Assembly (NCBI GenBank): GCA_963842165.1
Contig: CAWJFK010000005.1
Span: 198,070 to 262,069, forward strand
Length of the DNA: 64,000 bases
DNA from: an uncultured Thermoplasmata archaeon
GTDB lineage: Archaea; Thermoplasmatota; Thermoplasmata; Lutacidiplasmatales; UBA184
Reading direction: 5' to 3'
Below the pieces are notes generated by a model. It ran no database searches. It was not told the origin of the DNA and saw only the letters and a program-made list of their open reading frames with translations. Of the stretch, positions 40,986 through 50,448 are shown piece after piece (within the stretch, counting starts at the first letter, position 1; each line of letters begins with the position of its first letter). The position numbers and the translations under genes are program-made.

Positions 40986-42694
40986 CCTGATCTCCACGCC
41001 CGTTAGTTGCTAGCTTCCTTCCCGGACCCCTCCTTCTCCTCGAGGATCCGCACTGTTCGACCGGCAGGTTCATTAGGAACATACGCACTACATAGTACGT
41101 ATGGCGTTCCCTCGGGTCATCACCACGCGCGGCCGACACTATCTCCAGCAGGTCGAGTCGGTCTGGGACCCGAAGAAGAAGCGCTCCGTCACCCGGGTCC
41201 TCGCCCATCTCGGCCCCTGCGATGAGGGCGGCAAGCTCCTGCGCCCGCCTCGGGCCCGGGTGGAGAGCGTTCACTCCTCGTTTCCGGTCGGTCCTCTCGC
41301 CGTGCTGTATGCCGCGGCCCGTGAGCTCCGGGTGCGCGAGCATCTCCAGAGGGTTCTTCCGGGGGCTCCTACCGAGCTGATCCTGTGTCTCGCCCTGAAC
41401 CAGGCCACGGCCCGCGTCCCGATCTGCCGCCTTCCCGAGTGGGTACGGGCGAGCCCGCTGCCTCGGTGGGAGAGCTTCCCGGCCGAGGAGCTAAGTCCTC
41501 GACACTTCGAGGAGGCACTCTCCTCGCTCTGTCACCTCACCCCGGAGAAGACGTGGGAGGACCGGGGCCTCCTGCTTCAGCAGGAACTCACCGGGGCGTG
41601 GCGGGGCCGCTCTCGAGAGCCGGCCGGCGCCTACTACGACATCACGAAACAGGCGTACCACGGGAAGCATTGTCCCTACGGCCAGTTCGGCCACGACGAG
41701 CGGGGCACGGCCCCGGTCGTGGGGTTCGGGATGGCCGTGTCCCGGGAGCATCACCACCCGATCCTCTGTCGAGTCCTTCCCGGTGGACAGAACGATTCGC
41801 TGAGCGTGGCTCCCACGCTGGAGCTGCTCCAGTCCCAGGGTCTGCGGCATCTGACGCTCGTGATGGACAAGGGGATGACGTCGAAGGCGAACGTGCTCCG
41901 AGCGCGCGAGGCGGGCTACCACGTCATCGGGTCGGTCAAGGGGTGGAGCGCCGAGTCGGTGGAGCATGCCTCTCGATGGCCCGGGGAGGAACTGGAGCGC
42001 TCGGAGTTCGTGGTCGGGACTTCCCATGGAGGGGCGGTGTATGCGCGGGCGTTCACGGCGCCGCTGCTGGGGCTACCGAAGGTGAGGATCGCGGTGGTGG
42101 AGAATCTCTCCCGCAAGGCGGAGGATCGCCAAGCGCGGGACCTTCTGCTTCAGGAGTTGGAGGGACCGGTGGCGAAAGCTCGGTTGGAGGAGATCCGCTC
42201 GGAACTGGGCGAGGTCATCGTCACCGCCCGAGGAAGGAGAGGGTTCCGAGTCGACCCGAAGGCCGTGGAGCGGGAACGGGCGCTGGACGGCCGCTTCCTG
42301 CTGTTCAGTACGGTCCTCTCGCTCGACGGGCGAGCGATGTACCGGGAGGTACTTCGCGAAGGATGCGGTGGAGAAGGCGTTCCGCACGAGCAAGGGGGAA
42401 CTGTCGCTGGGCCCGGTGAGGTATCGTCGGAAGGATCGGTTGGACGCCTACGCCACGGTGGTCTACGTGGCGTATTTGCTCTGGAGTTGGGCGGAGCGGA
42501 GGTTGCAGGAGAAATACCCCGAGCGGAGCCTGTCGGAGGCGATGCGCTCCCTCGAGAATCTGGCGTGGGTACGGTTTCGGACGGGAAATCGTCCGGGAGT
42601 GGGCCACTCGCCTCACCACCGAGCAGGAGAAGGTTCTCGCCGCCGTCAGCGCCGTACAGTATGTAGCTACATACTAACAGGCCGCGAGCTCAGG
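40986..42694 (+). mobile_element. IS1634-family insertion sequence, copy 3 (1,709 bp)
   Basis: Same ends as copy 2. Flanked by TCTGA at 40981-40985 and 42695-42699. Same orientation as copies 1 and 2. Confidence 0.9.
41101..42677 (+). pseudogene. IS1634-family DDE transposase (copy 3), frameshifted
   Basis: This is the longest N-terminal frame (41101 to about 42340) and contains MAFPRVITTRGRHYLQQVESVWDPKKKRSVTRVLAHLG, YYDITKQAYHG and LVMDKGMTSKAN. The YFAKDAVEKAFRTSK motif is in the +1 frame. There are further 1-nt losses near 42580-42595. Confidence 0.85.
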
Positions 42695-42826
42695 TCTGAC
42701 AATCTGAGGGTGATCACAGGTTGACTGAGAGGACATTATCCAGCTGAAGCCGCCCGGGAACCCATACGGACCGGCCACCGGAATGTTGAGTAACCTTAGG
42801 TAAGGTTGCGCAAGGCCACGGCATAC

Positions 42827-42874
42827 GAGGTGCAATATCGAATGCACCCACTTCCACCCTTGCAAAGGGAACCC
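42827..42874 (+). repeat. TGCA-box motif, long three-box form
   Basis: GAGGTGCAATATCGAATGCACCCA, then 8 nt, then CTTGCAAAGGGAACCC. Confidence 0.75.
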
Positions 42875-43035
42875 TTCTCAGGAATGGGTATGGCCGAACG
42901 CGGTCAGATTCCTCGCCTGACCCCGACAACGAAGAGCATGCGGAGCTTGTCGAGTGGATTGGCGACGGCCCCTTCGACCCCGAAGCCTTCGACGCGTACG
43001 TCCTTGCGCTAGCTGCTGTCCCACGGACGCGGAAG

Positions 43036-43698
43036 TCAGCCCCGAACCGTACGGGCTTTCCGGGCACTTCCGCTCGGCCCGCGGCTAGTCCCCCGCGGCA
43101 GAAGCAGCAAGTCGGCCGCTTCCTCTGCTTCCCTGAGAAGCGTCTTGCGCGCCGTGCCCATTTTCGCCCGCACGGTCAAACCACGGACAAGGTCAGTGAC
43201 TTGGCTCGCCCGCGCGGCTACAGGAAAGTCCGACGGGATTTCTCCCGCGCTGATCCCGTCCCGGAAACGAAGTTCCACCATCGCCACGCCGCCAGCCGTA
43301 GCGTTCTGTAGGAACTGCCGGACCTCTGCGTCGTCCACAAGCGGCGCGACGCACACGAGAAGACAACCCGCAGGGCAGCCTTCCTCGGTCGCACTCTCGA
43401 CGGCGTACCTCAGGAAGCTGGCGAGCGAGTCGCGAAGAGGCTGCGGCGAGAAGATTGCCTTCGCAGCGACAGCGCCCTTCTTCTCTGCGTACGCCCTGAG
43501 GACGCGCAGGAATAACGTCCGCTTGTTCCCGAAGACTGCATACAGGCTCGGCCGACCAACGCCCATCCCGGCGACGAGATCGTCGATCGTCACTCCGTCG
43601 TAGCCCTTCGACCAGAACACCTGGGTCGCCTTTTGCAGCGCTTCCAGCTCGTCGAAGCTGCGCGGTCGTCCACGCGGCCTAGTGGTATTGTGAATCAT
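43036..43698 (-). CDS. TetR/AcrR family transcriptional regulator
   Basis: RPRGRPRSFDELEALQKATQVFWSKGYDGVTIDDLVAGMGVGRPSLYAVFGNKRTLF. Divergent from the SDR gene. Confidence 0.85.
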   Translation of the reverse strand: MIHNTTRPRGRPRSFDELEALQKATQVFWSKGYDGVTIDDLVAGMGVGRPSLYAVFGNKRTLFLRVLRAYAEKKGAVAAKAIFSPQPLRDSLASFLRYAVESATEEGCPAGCLLVCVAPLVDDAEVRQFLQNATAGGVAMVELRFRDGISAGEIPSDFPVAARASQVTDLVRGLTVRAKMGTARKTLLREAEEAADLLLLPRGTSRGPSGSARKARTVRG

Positions 43699-43873
43699 AT
43701 AGTTCAAAACTCCTTGCACCTGACCATCTGCTCTTTTTAACTGCTGTGTCACGACTTGTTGACGAGGGGCCTGACCGACACGGACATTTTGGGCACGGAT
43801 CCCGCCCTCAAGTAGGTTCGGGCACAGCATCTCTTATTATAGTACCAATCAGTTCCTAATTGGTAAGGCCACC

Positions 43874-44870
43874 ATGTCGTCGCGAGGAAACCATCCAAGA
43901 CACTCGACAGCTCTCGTCACCGGCACCACCTCCGGGCTCGGTTACGCGGCAGCCAGTATGCTCGCCGCCCAGGGCTGCCGCCAGGTCATCGTCACGGGCC
44001 GCACCCTGGCCCGGGTCCAGAAAACGGCCTCTCAGCTCGCAGCTGAGACAAAGACACAGGTCTTCACGCCGCTGGAGCTGGATCTGGGCTCGCCGACAAG
44101 CGTTCAGTCCGCTCTAGCCGAGCTGGTCAAGCTTGGTCGACCGATCGATTTTCTTCTGCTCAACGCGGGGATGCTCGGCGGCAAGGAGCGCGTGGTCACC
44201 GCGGCAGGGAATTGAGGCGGCTCAGGCCCCACTAATCGGCCATCATCAACTGACTATGGGGTTGCTCCGCGCCAACCTGCTTAGCCCCGGCGCGCGGATT
44301 GTTATCGCTGGCTCGGAAGCTGCCCGAGGGGACGTGCCCATGTTCAGCTACACCGACGTGGCGGACCTCGCGGTCACTCATCACCAGGGTGACCGAACTG
44401 CCGCCGTGGAAGCCCTGTTGCGCGGCGGGTCGAACGTGAAGTACCGACCCAACCGGGCGTTCGCCGACGCGAAGCTCATCGTCGCTTGGTGGGCCGCTGC
44501 ACTGGCGCGCCGCCTACCCTCCGGCATGGCCGTATACGCCGTCTCGCCCGGTGCCGCGCCCGACACCCAGGCGGTGCGGAACGCTGGGTCGGCCACGAAG
44601 TGGCTGTTGATTCCGCTGACAAAGCTCATCCCCGGCATGTCTCACACGCCGGAGACCGCGGCTCGTCGCTACCTCCAGGCATCGGAGTTCGGAACCGACG
44701 TCTCGGGCCAATTCTTCGCCTCGGCCCCCAAGAAGCTCACAGGCCCAATCGAGGCGATGCGCCACCCGCACTTTCACGATCGCGCCAACCAGGAAGCCGC
44801 GTGGCAGGCCGTCGTCAAGGTCTCCGGCGTCGACTTCCCCTCCGCAGCACCCTCGAGCGCTGTGTCCTGA
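43874..44870 (+). CDS. SDR family oxidoreductase, frameshift near 44208
   Basis: TALVTGTTSGLGYAAA (TGxxxGxG), LLLNAGM, then in the next frame GIEAAQAPLIGHHQLTMGLL...IVIAGSEAA...YRPNRAFADAKL (Y-x3-K). An extra A in GGGAATTGAG creates the stop at 44213. Confidence 0.75.
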
Positions 44871-45001
44871 GCGAACACCCGATCGCGCTGAGTTGAACGT
44901 GGTGACCCGAATGAGCCGGCGAGTCCTGGGTCGCCCTTCCCGCGCTTCGATCTCGTCGAGGCTGGACGGTGGCCCACGTGGCGCTCAGCTGAGCGACGGC
45001 T

Positions 45002-45232
45002 CTATCGGGGCTGAACACGCACCACTACGATACTTGGGACCGTGAGGATGGTCCATCCGACGGAGAGACCCCCGATGACCCAGACGGTCGAGGTGCCAGC
45101 GGAGAAACCACGGTCGAAATTGCTCGCTGCCGCCCAGCACGCGAATACAAACCCGGACTCGACGGTCAGGAAGAGCGCATGAATCGGCGCGAGCGTTTTG
45201 AAGTGGTCCGGATTACTGTCTTGAAAATCCAC
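45002..45232 (-). CDS. Small two-TM membrane protein (hypothetical)
   Basis: 76-aa ORF with two hydrophobic stretches. Supported only by ORF length and composition. Confidence 0.3.
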   Translation of the reverse strand: MDFQDSNPDHFKTLAPIHALFLTVESGFVFACWAAASNFDRGFSAGTSTVWVIGGLSVGWTILTVPSIVVVRVQPR

Positions 45233-45540
45233 GGCCTAGGTGATTTGTCGGGAGACCCAAAGGGTTGCACGGGCTTGGCGAGTATTCGAAACGAGCCCTC
45301 CGAAACTGGACCAACTAAGTCTGTCCCTCTCGGACACTGAGCTACAAGACCCACCAGGGAGGTTTGACAAGTCCTCCCTTTGAGAATGGTCGCCCGCCCG
45401 AGAGGAGATTCCCCTCCTTGGAAAGGGACCGGTAATCGACTGGCCGCCATCCGCGAACCGGCTTGCCTACTTTCGAATGACTATCCTCTGCATTGGGAGG
45501 ACCTCTTTGCAAGTGGTGCCGCACCGTATTCCGTTCGGGG

Positions 45541-45564
45541 TGGGTGCAAGGAGACTTTCAACCA
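45541..45564 (-). repeat. Intergenic TGCA-box motif copy, opposite orientation
   Basis: TGGGTGCAAGGAGACTTTCAACCA on the + strand. The reverse complement reads TGGTTGAAAGTCTCCTTGCACCCA. Confidence 0.7.
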
Positions 45565-45666
45565 CCAAGGGGTACAATGATGCTCCAGGGAACGAGCCGA
45601 GAGCACCGCACCGAACTGCCCTCGGGTTTCAAGGGGTAGTTCCCTAAGCCGAGCCCTAGGGGTCGG

Positions 45667-46389
45667 CTATGCTGGTTCTCTGGTCGCGCGAGGCATCGCA
45701 CTCTCGACCATTTTCGTGAAGCGATCCCAGCGGATGCGGTTTGCCTGGCTTTCCGGGCGGCCTTGCATCAATCTCGACAACGTATCAACATACGTCTTGG
45801 GATCCCTGGTTCTATCCAGAACGAAGCGGAACTTGCTCTTTGCAGCCGCCCCAGAATAGCGTTCAAACAATTCACGCACTTCCACGAGGTCGACTTTCTG
45901 ACCCATGACACTAAAGAGATCCGTGAGGTCGTGAGGGCGTCCCGCCAAGAGCTTTGTCGCCCAGAGCCCTTCTATTCGAACGGCGCTTACTGGCCTGACA
46001 AGAGGCCCCGAAAGCAGCTCCAGTCGAGTGAGGCTGGGACCCTGCAGCAACCACTCCTCAGGGATTGTCACTCCGGAGTCCCTGTCGCGCACCCCTCCGA
46101 TCATTAGGTCGAGTGTGATGTTTCGATAGCCCCATCGTTGAACCGCAACTGGAGTTTCCCCCAAGAGAGATACCCGATTGGCTGACTTGGAAATCAGGTG
46201 GTGGGCGGCTAGCCATGCGATCCAATCCTCACTACTTGCGGAGGGGACGACGATGTCCACATCAACTGAGTAGCGCGGGGTCCCGTAAGCCGCGACGGCA
46301 TAACCCCCCACGAGTACGCCAGATAGTCGACTAGGCCAAGTTTCCAGGAGTTGGACTACTTGGCGTTCGCGTTCATCTGCGTCGATCAT
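45667..46389 (-). CDS. abiEii: Nucleotidyltransferase AbiEii/AbiGii-like toxin (type IV TA / abortive infection)
   Basis: VLVGGYAVAAYGTPRYSVDVDIVV NTase motif. About 240 aa. It overlaps the stop of the upstream wHTH gene. Confidence 0.7.
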   Translation of the reverse strand: MIDADERERQVVQLLETWPSRLSGVLVGGYAVAAYGTPRYSVDVDIVVPSASSEDWIAWLAAHHLISKSANRVSLLGETPVAVQRWGYRNITLDLMIGGVRDRDSGVTIPEEWLLQGPSLTRLELLSGPLVRPVSAVRIEGLWATKLLAGRPHDLTDLFSVMGQKVDLVEVRELFERYSGAAAKSKFRFVLDRTRDPKTYVDTLSRLMQGRPESQANRIRWDRFTKMVESAMPRATREPA

Positions 46390-46945
46390 GCACGAGCTCC
46401 TCGGCATTCGCGAAGATGGCCGGATGTGCCCGAATGAGTTCCAGGACCTCGAATCGAGGAATCACCGGCTCACCACTGTGAAACGTGACCTTCACATGCT
46501 CGACGGGGAGGAGTTCGATCCGTGGCCCAATCCGTTTCCTCGAGCTTCGTGATAGGCCCCTTGAGTGGAGGTAATCGTCCCAGCTGGCCAGGGAGGTCCG
46601 AGGAACCGCCAAAGTATAGCGACGGACGAAGACCGAAGGGGATGTTCGGTACCTTCCATCGGTCCACACTTCGACCGCGCTCGCGCCTGCCCAAGCCTTC
46701 GGGCTGGGGCCCTTCAGAAGAATCTCTCGGACCCTGCGCCACTCAAACCGCCTGAAGTCTGGCCGCTCCGCAGGGCTCAATCGCCGGTATCGACCCCTCC
46801 CGACTCGGGCAACGTAGCCGCGGGCCTTCAGATCACTCAGCAGTTTGCTGGCACGCGGATTCGCAACGCGTGTCGCGAAATCTCGTACGGTGAATTCGGA
46901 CGCACCGTACAGATGATCAATCGCGTCGAGGTAGGCGAGTACCAT
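46373..46945 (-). CDS. abiEi: AbiEi-like antitoxin / wHTH transcriptional regulator
   Basis: N-terminal wHTH FTVRDFATRVANPRASKLLSDLKARGYVARVGRGRYRRL. An AT-rich box ATATATTTAAAG lies just upstream (46965-46976). Confidence 0.6.
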   Translation of the reverse strand: MVLAYLDAIDHLYGASEFTVRDFATRVANPRASKLLSDLKARGYVARVGRGRYRRLSPAERPDFRRFEWRRVREILLKGPSPKAWAGASAVEVWTDGRYRTSPSVFVRRYTLAVPRTSLASWDDYLHSRGLSRSSRKRIGPRIELLPVEHVKVTFHSGEPVIPRFEVLELIRAHPAIFANAEELVHDRRR

Positions 46946-47213
46946 ACACACTTATCATCGGAACATATATTTAAAGTTATGTGGATGGGTGATCTAGTCG
47001 ATCGATTTAGGATCCGCTACCGAGCATCGGGGTCAGGAAAGCGCACTAAGGGGGCCGACCCGCGTGAAAAGGTGTAACGCGACTTACACCCAGAGTGGGT
47101 GAACGTTTCGTTCTACCCAAGGCAGGGTCTGTTCTCGTAAGGGCAACGCGTCCTGCGCCCAACCTAGCACCAAGCCTCCAATACAAGGTCGGGCCTAGCC
47201 TGCCTTGAGGGCC

Positions 47214-47426
47214 ATGTTGGGGAAAGAGAACTGTCCCCATTGCGGGCAGGCAATGGAAATCGGCACGCTCGGAACCATGTCGTACGTCGCTGGCGCCGCT
47301 TGGTACAAGGAACGGTCAGCACTGGCGCTCAACGGAGAAACCATCGTGAAGGCTCCGCTCGGGGGCATGATCTGGTTAGATGGGCATCGATGCGCTCGAT
47401 GTCACCTGCTCCAAGTGCGCTACTGA
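47214..47426 (+). CDS. Small zinc-ribbon protein (70 aa)
   Basis: CPHCGQ...(43 aa)...CARCH, i.e. paired CxxC motifs. Confidence 0.45.
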   Translation: MLGKENCPHCGQAMEIGTLGTMSYVAGAAWYKERSALALNGETIVKAPLGGMIWLDGHRCARCHLLQVRY

Positions 47427-47544
47427 TCAATGCTACTGAAAGTGCGTGCACCGAATGCCCTACACCTGCCCGGGAGGCGAGCATGGGGCCGGCACCGAGA
47501 AAGGGGCAACGTCGATTTCACCCACGCCGGTTCCTGTCGCAGAT

Positions 47545-47633
47545 GGCTGCATGCTTCAATGCACCCAGATCGCTTCCGATGAGTGCAAGCGCGTTTGCAC
47601 CTACTGTGGCAAGGGTGAATACTCTTGCAACCA
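47545..47633 (+). repeat. Cluster of three adjacent TGCA-box copies
   Basis: GGCTGCATGCTTCAATGCACCCA (47545-47567), GAGTGCAAGCGCGTTTGCACCTA (47581-47603) and GGTGAATACTCTTGCAACCA (47614-47633). Confidence 0.7.
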
Positions 47634-48094
47634 TCCTAACGGTTGGACTGGCGGGCAAAGAGTGGGTTGAACCCTAGGATCCGCTTACACAATCTGGCTG
47701 TATCTGCTTCTCACTCGAATATACAAGGCTGCGGGCAAGTCTTCCGACGGTTAGTGTTTCGAGGTCGGCCAGAGAATCGGGGTGGATCCGATCAGGCTCG
47801 CCTTCACCACGGAATTAAGTACTACCAAAGCACGAATCATACTCGATGCAGACCTGGCTCGAATTCGCCCTGGTGATGGTACCTATTGGATTTGCAATTG
47901 GGCTGCTCTCGCCTTGGATTGCGCGCGCCGATTATCGTTGGCGAGTGCTTCATGCGCCGAGACCCCCACAAGGAGCTCTGGCCGATTCTAAATCCGGAAC
48001 GGACCGCCACTAGCCGCCCATTCTCGTTCAGCCGGACTTCTAGCATAACTGCCCAGACCTTTGGCTATCAACCACCGCCGAGGGTAGCCTGTAC

Positions 48095-49342
48095 TCAGCC
48101 CATCTTGAGGTCGCCGGGGCCAAGGGGACGATTCCGCCGGACCATTAGGCTGCCAGATCTTGCCAAGAGGAGCCCCGAAAAGATCGGGATTATCGCCGCG
48201 AAGCAAAGGTACCATCCTATTGACGGTCCCCATGACGCGCTCTCCGTCGAACCGGTGAGAAGCGACTCGCCGCAACCTGATCCGGTGCACGAACCAAGAA
48301 ATGAGGATCTTGGGGACGGGCCAGCCGATGAGTTCCCCGAACCGTTTGACTCTGAGGCGAGGACACTAGGTTGCTCCAGCACCAAGATTGTGGGGGCTAT
48401 GACGGTAAGGAGCAGAACTGTTACTATCAGCGCCCCCACTAACCCTGATTGGTATCTTCGGCCAGCGAACGCCAAACATGCGCCGACAATTCCGAGTATG
48501 ACCCCTAGAATCACGATGATTGCGACTGCCGTGTAAAGAGTGCCGAGAGAATTCAGGCCAGATTGGGAGTATGGTCCCGTCGGAGAGCTGGATTGAGAGC
48601 AGTAGACGGTGCCGGCGCAGGTGATAGTTACGGTGATTTGATTGAGGGGGTAGTACGTTGCGGAGCCGGTCTCTGTAAAGGATGTCCCCAGAATCGTAGC
48701 TGAGACTGTATCAGTAACTCCGTACCAACCCACAAACAGCGTCAGAATCAAGAGGCCCACTCCCGCAAGAATCAACACCCCTCCAAGAATTGACCGCCGG
48801 CTCGGTCTAGATCTTGGTTGCCCGTATGACGATGGCCTTCCGAGGTTGGCGCGGCTCGAAGCACCATACATGCCCAGGGTGTCGGCCCGGACGGCGGACG
48901 GCTCGGTTTCCACTGGAGGCTCGGGGAGGAACGGTTCCCTGCCAGTCCGAAGCGGGACTCCGCACTTCCAGCAGAATGCTCCGGTTGTGTCGACCGCTGC
49001 ACCGCAGTTACCACAGACCGGCGTCTGCGGGCTACCCAGGTGAGGGGCAGCCGCCGGACGGATTACTTGCCCCTGATCAGCGCTTCTTGGTATGGCCGCG
49101 GATGCAGTTACCCCCGGTGGGACCACGCTCCGCGGCGGGGACGGCGCATCGTCCTCGCGAATAATCGGAACTCCGCACTTCCAACATTTTGTACCGTCGA
49201 CTTCGACTTCTGCCCCGCAGTTCTCGCATCGGGGAGTGGGAGTGGGCCCTTGGTCCAGCGGAGATCCACAATGGGAACAGAACGGCCAGGCCGGATGGAC
49301 TTCCGCTTGGCACCTTGGACACAGAAGGGATCCGGGCGCCAT
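48095..49342 (-). CDS. Multi-zinc-ribbon N-terminus plus polytopic membrane domain protein
   Basis: Three double-CxxC ribbons (CPRCQ...CSHCG; CENCG...CWKCG; CGNCG...CWKCG), a P/S-rich linker, then about 5 TM helices. Confidence 0.65.
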   Translation of the reverse strand: MAPGSLLCPRCQAEVHPAWPFCSHCGSPLDQGPTPTPRCENCGAEVEVDGTKCWKCGVPIIREDDAPSPPRSVVPPGVTASAAIPRSADQGQVIRPAAAPHLGSPQTPVCGNCGAAVDTTGAFCWKCGVPLRTGREPFLPEPPVETEPSAVRADTLGMYGASSRANLGRPSSYGQPRSRPSRRSILGGVLILAGVGLLILTLFVGWYGVTDTVSATILGTSFTETGSATYYPLNQITVTITCAGTVYCSQSSSPTGPYSQSGLNSLGTLYTAVAIIVILGVILGIVGACLAFAGRRYQSGLVGALIVTVLLLTVIAPTILVLEQPSVLASESNGSGNSSAGPSPRSSFLGSCTGSGCGESLLTGSTESASWGPSIGWYLCFAAIIPIFSGLLLARSGSLMVRRNRPLGPGDLKMG

Positions 49343-49476
49343 TCTCTACCCGATTCAATCTTTGTCCCTCCCAGCAGATAAATCAGTCGTCCAGTAAGCT
49401 GGCTGTTATCGAGGTTTCATGAGGTGGTAGAACACACAGAAACGCATCATTTCCTTCAATCAGCCCGTATCGTGTT

Positions 49477-49540
49477 GTGTGCAAAATCGATTACACCCAT
49501 GCTTTGTCCTGTTCGAAGTGGGTGCACGAGGCGTGCACCC
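49477..49540. repeat. Two adjacent TGCA-box copies
   Basis: GTGTGCAAAATCGATTACACCCA (49477-49499) and TGGGTGCACGAGGCGTGCACCC (49519-49540). Confidence 0.7.
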
Positions 49541-49662
49541 TCCTTAGATTCTACCGATTGCAGATCTACACTCCGGCGGTATCTTCAGGCTAGCCTTCCG
49601 CCCGAGCACCACGAGTGTCCTAGGTCCGAGTTGCGGATCCGTACGTGCGCGCGCAGTCTCGC

Positions 49663-50448
49663 CTACTCCTCTCGCACAGCCAGTCGAGATATCTCGGACC
49701 ACGAAATTTCACCCCGATATCCGTCGGAACGGGTGACTGTCATTGTGCTTCCAATCCCATCCAATACGGCATACTCTGACGGTGAATTCTGCTCGTCCCG
49801 ACTCCTCGTGGAAAGGACCAACCTGATTCGATGTCCTCGTAAGTTGGTCGCGGTGAAGACCGCCTCCTGTAATCGCATCCTTCCATGGAAAGTCTCACGG
49901 ACGACGAGGTAGCCTAGGAACAACATGATCAGAGCGTTGAATAGGTCAGTCCCAGCAGGGGGCGCCTGGACGTATGCGATGAGACCAGTCGAGTCTATTG
50001 CGAAGAATGCCAGCAGTGACACCGCCCAAGCGGGCCCAAGTCGCGAGATCATTCCGTAAAAGAAGGCGGGCTTGTTCCAAAGTGATCCCGGATCTGCGTT
50101 TGGAGTCGACAGTGCCTTCAAGCCATCGCGCTCAAGAAAGATGAGGCACCACTGCACCACGATGGTTGGGAACAGAACCCCATTCAGTGCGGTAGAGAAC
50201 GAAATGGCCCCGGCCTGCGCTAGGGCTGCGTTCAGTAGGCCGAAGGCAATTGGGCCGTAGATGGCGAGCTCGAAAAATACCCAGGCAACGCGGCCAAGCC
50301 CTCCCGGACTGAGGGTGCGGAACACTTCGTTGACTGTTCTACTGTAACGAGAGAGGACCTTAAGCGCGGTGCCCCGTGAGTATCCCCCCAGGCGAAGTGA
50401 GCCACTAGTACCCGAGAAGCGTGATGAGGCCTGAAAGTACCGCTGCAA
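49663..50448 (-). CDS. Hypothetical membrane protein
   Basis: 261-aa ORF with 5-6 hydrophobic segments and a polar C-terminal tail of about 70 aa. The start is uncertain. Confidence 0.45.
   Translation of the reverse strand: MQRYFQASSRFSGTSGSLRLGGYSRGTALKVLSRYSRTVNEVFRTLSPGGLGRVAWVFFELAIYGPIAFGLLNAALAQAGAISFSTALNGVLFPTIVVQWCLIFLERDGLKALSTPNADPGSLWNKPAFFYGMISRLGPAWAVSLLAFFAIDSTGLIAYVQAPPAGTDLFNALIMLFLGYLVVRETFHGRMRLQEAVFTATNLRGHRIRLVLSTRSRDEQNSPSEYAVLDGIGSTMTVTRSDGYRGEISWSEISRLAVREE

Noticed and set aside
45310-45350. The minus-strand sequence TGTAGCTCAGTG resembles a tRNA D-arm.
   Set aside because: There is no matching acceptor 3' strand (AAGACCC or ACCCACC) downstream and no canonical anticodon or T arms. 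I treat it as a chance match.
47446-47670. A 74-aa Cys-rich ORF that could be a metallothionein-like or RiPP-like peptide.
   Set aside because: The Cys codons come from in-phase TGCA-box motif copies. There is no signal peptide, no recognisable family and no convincing start context.
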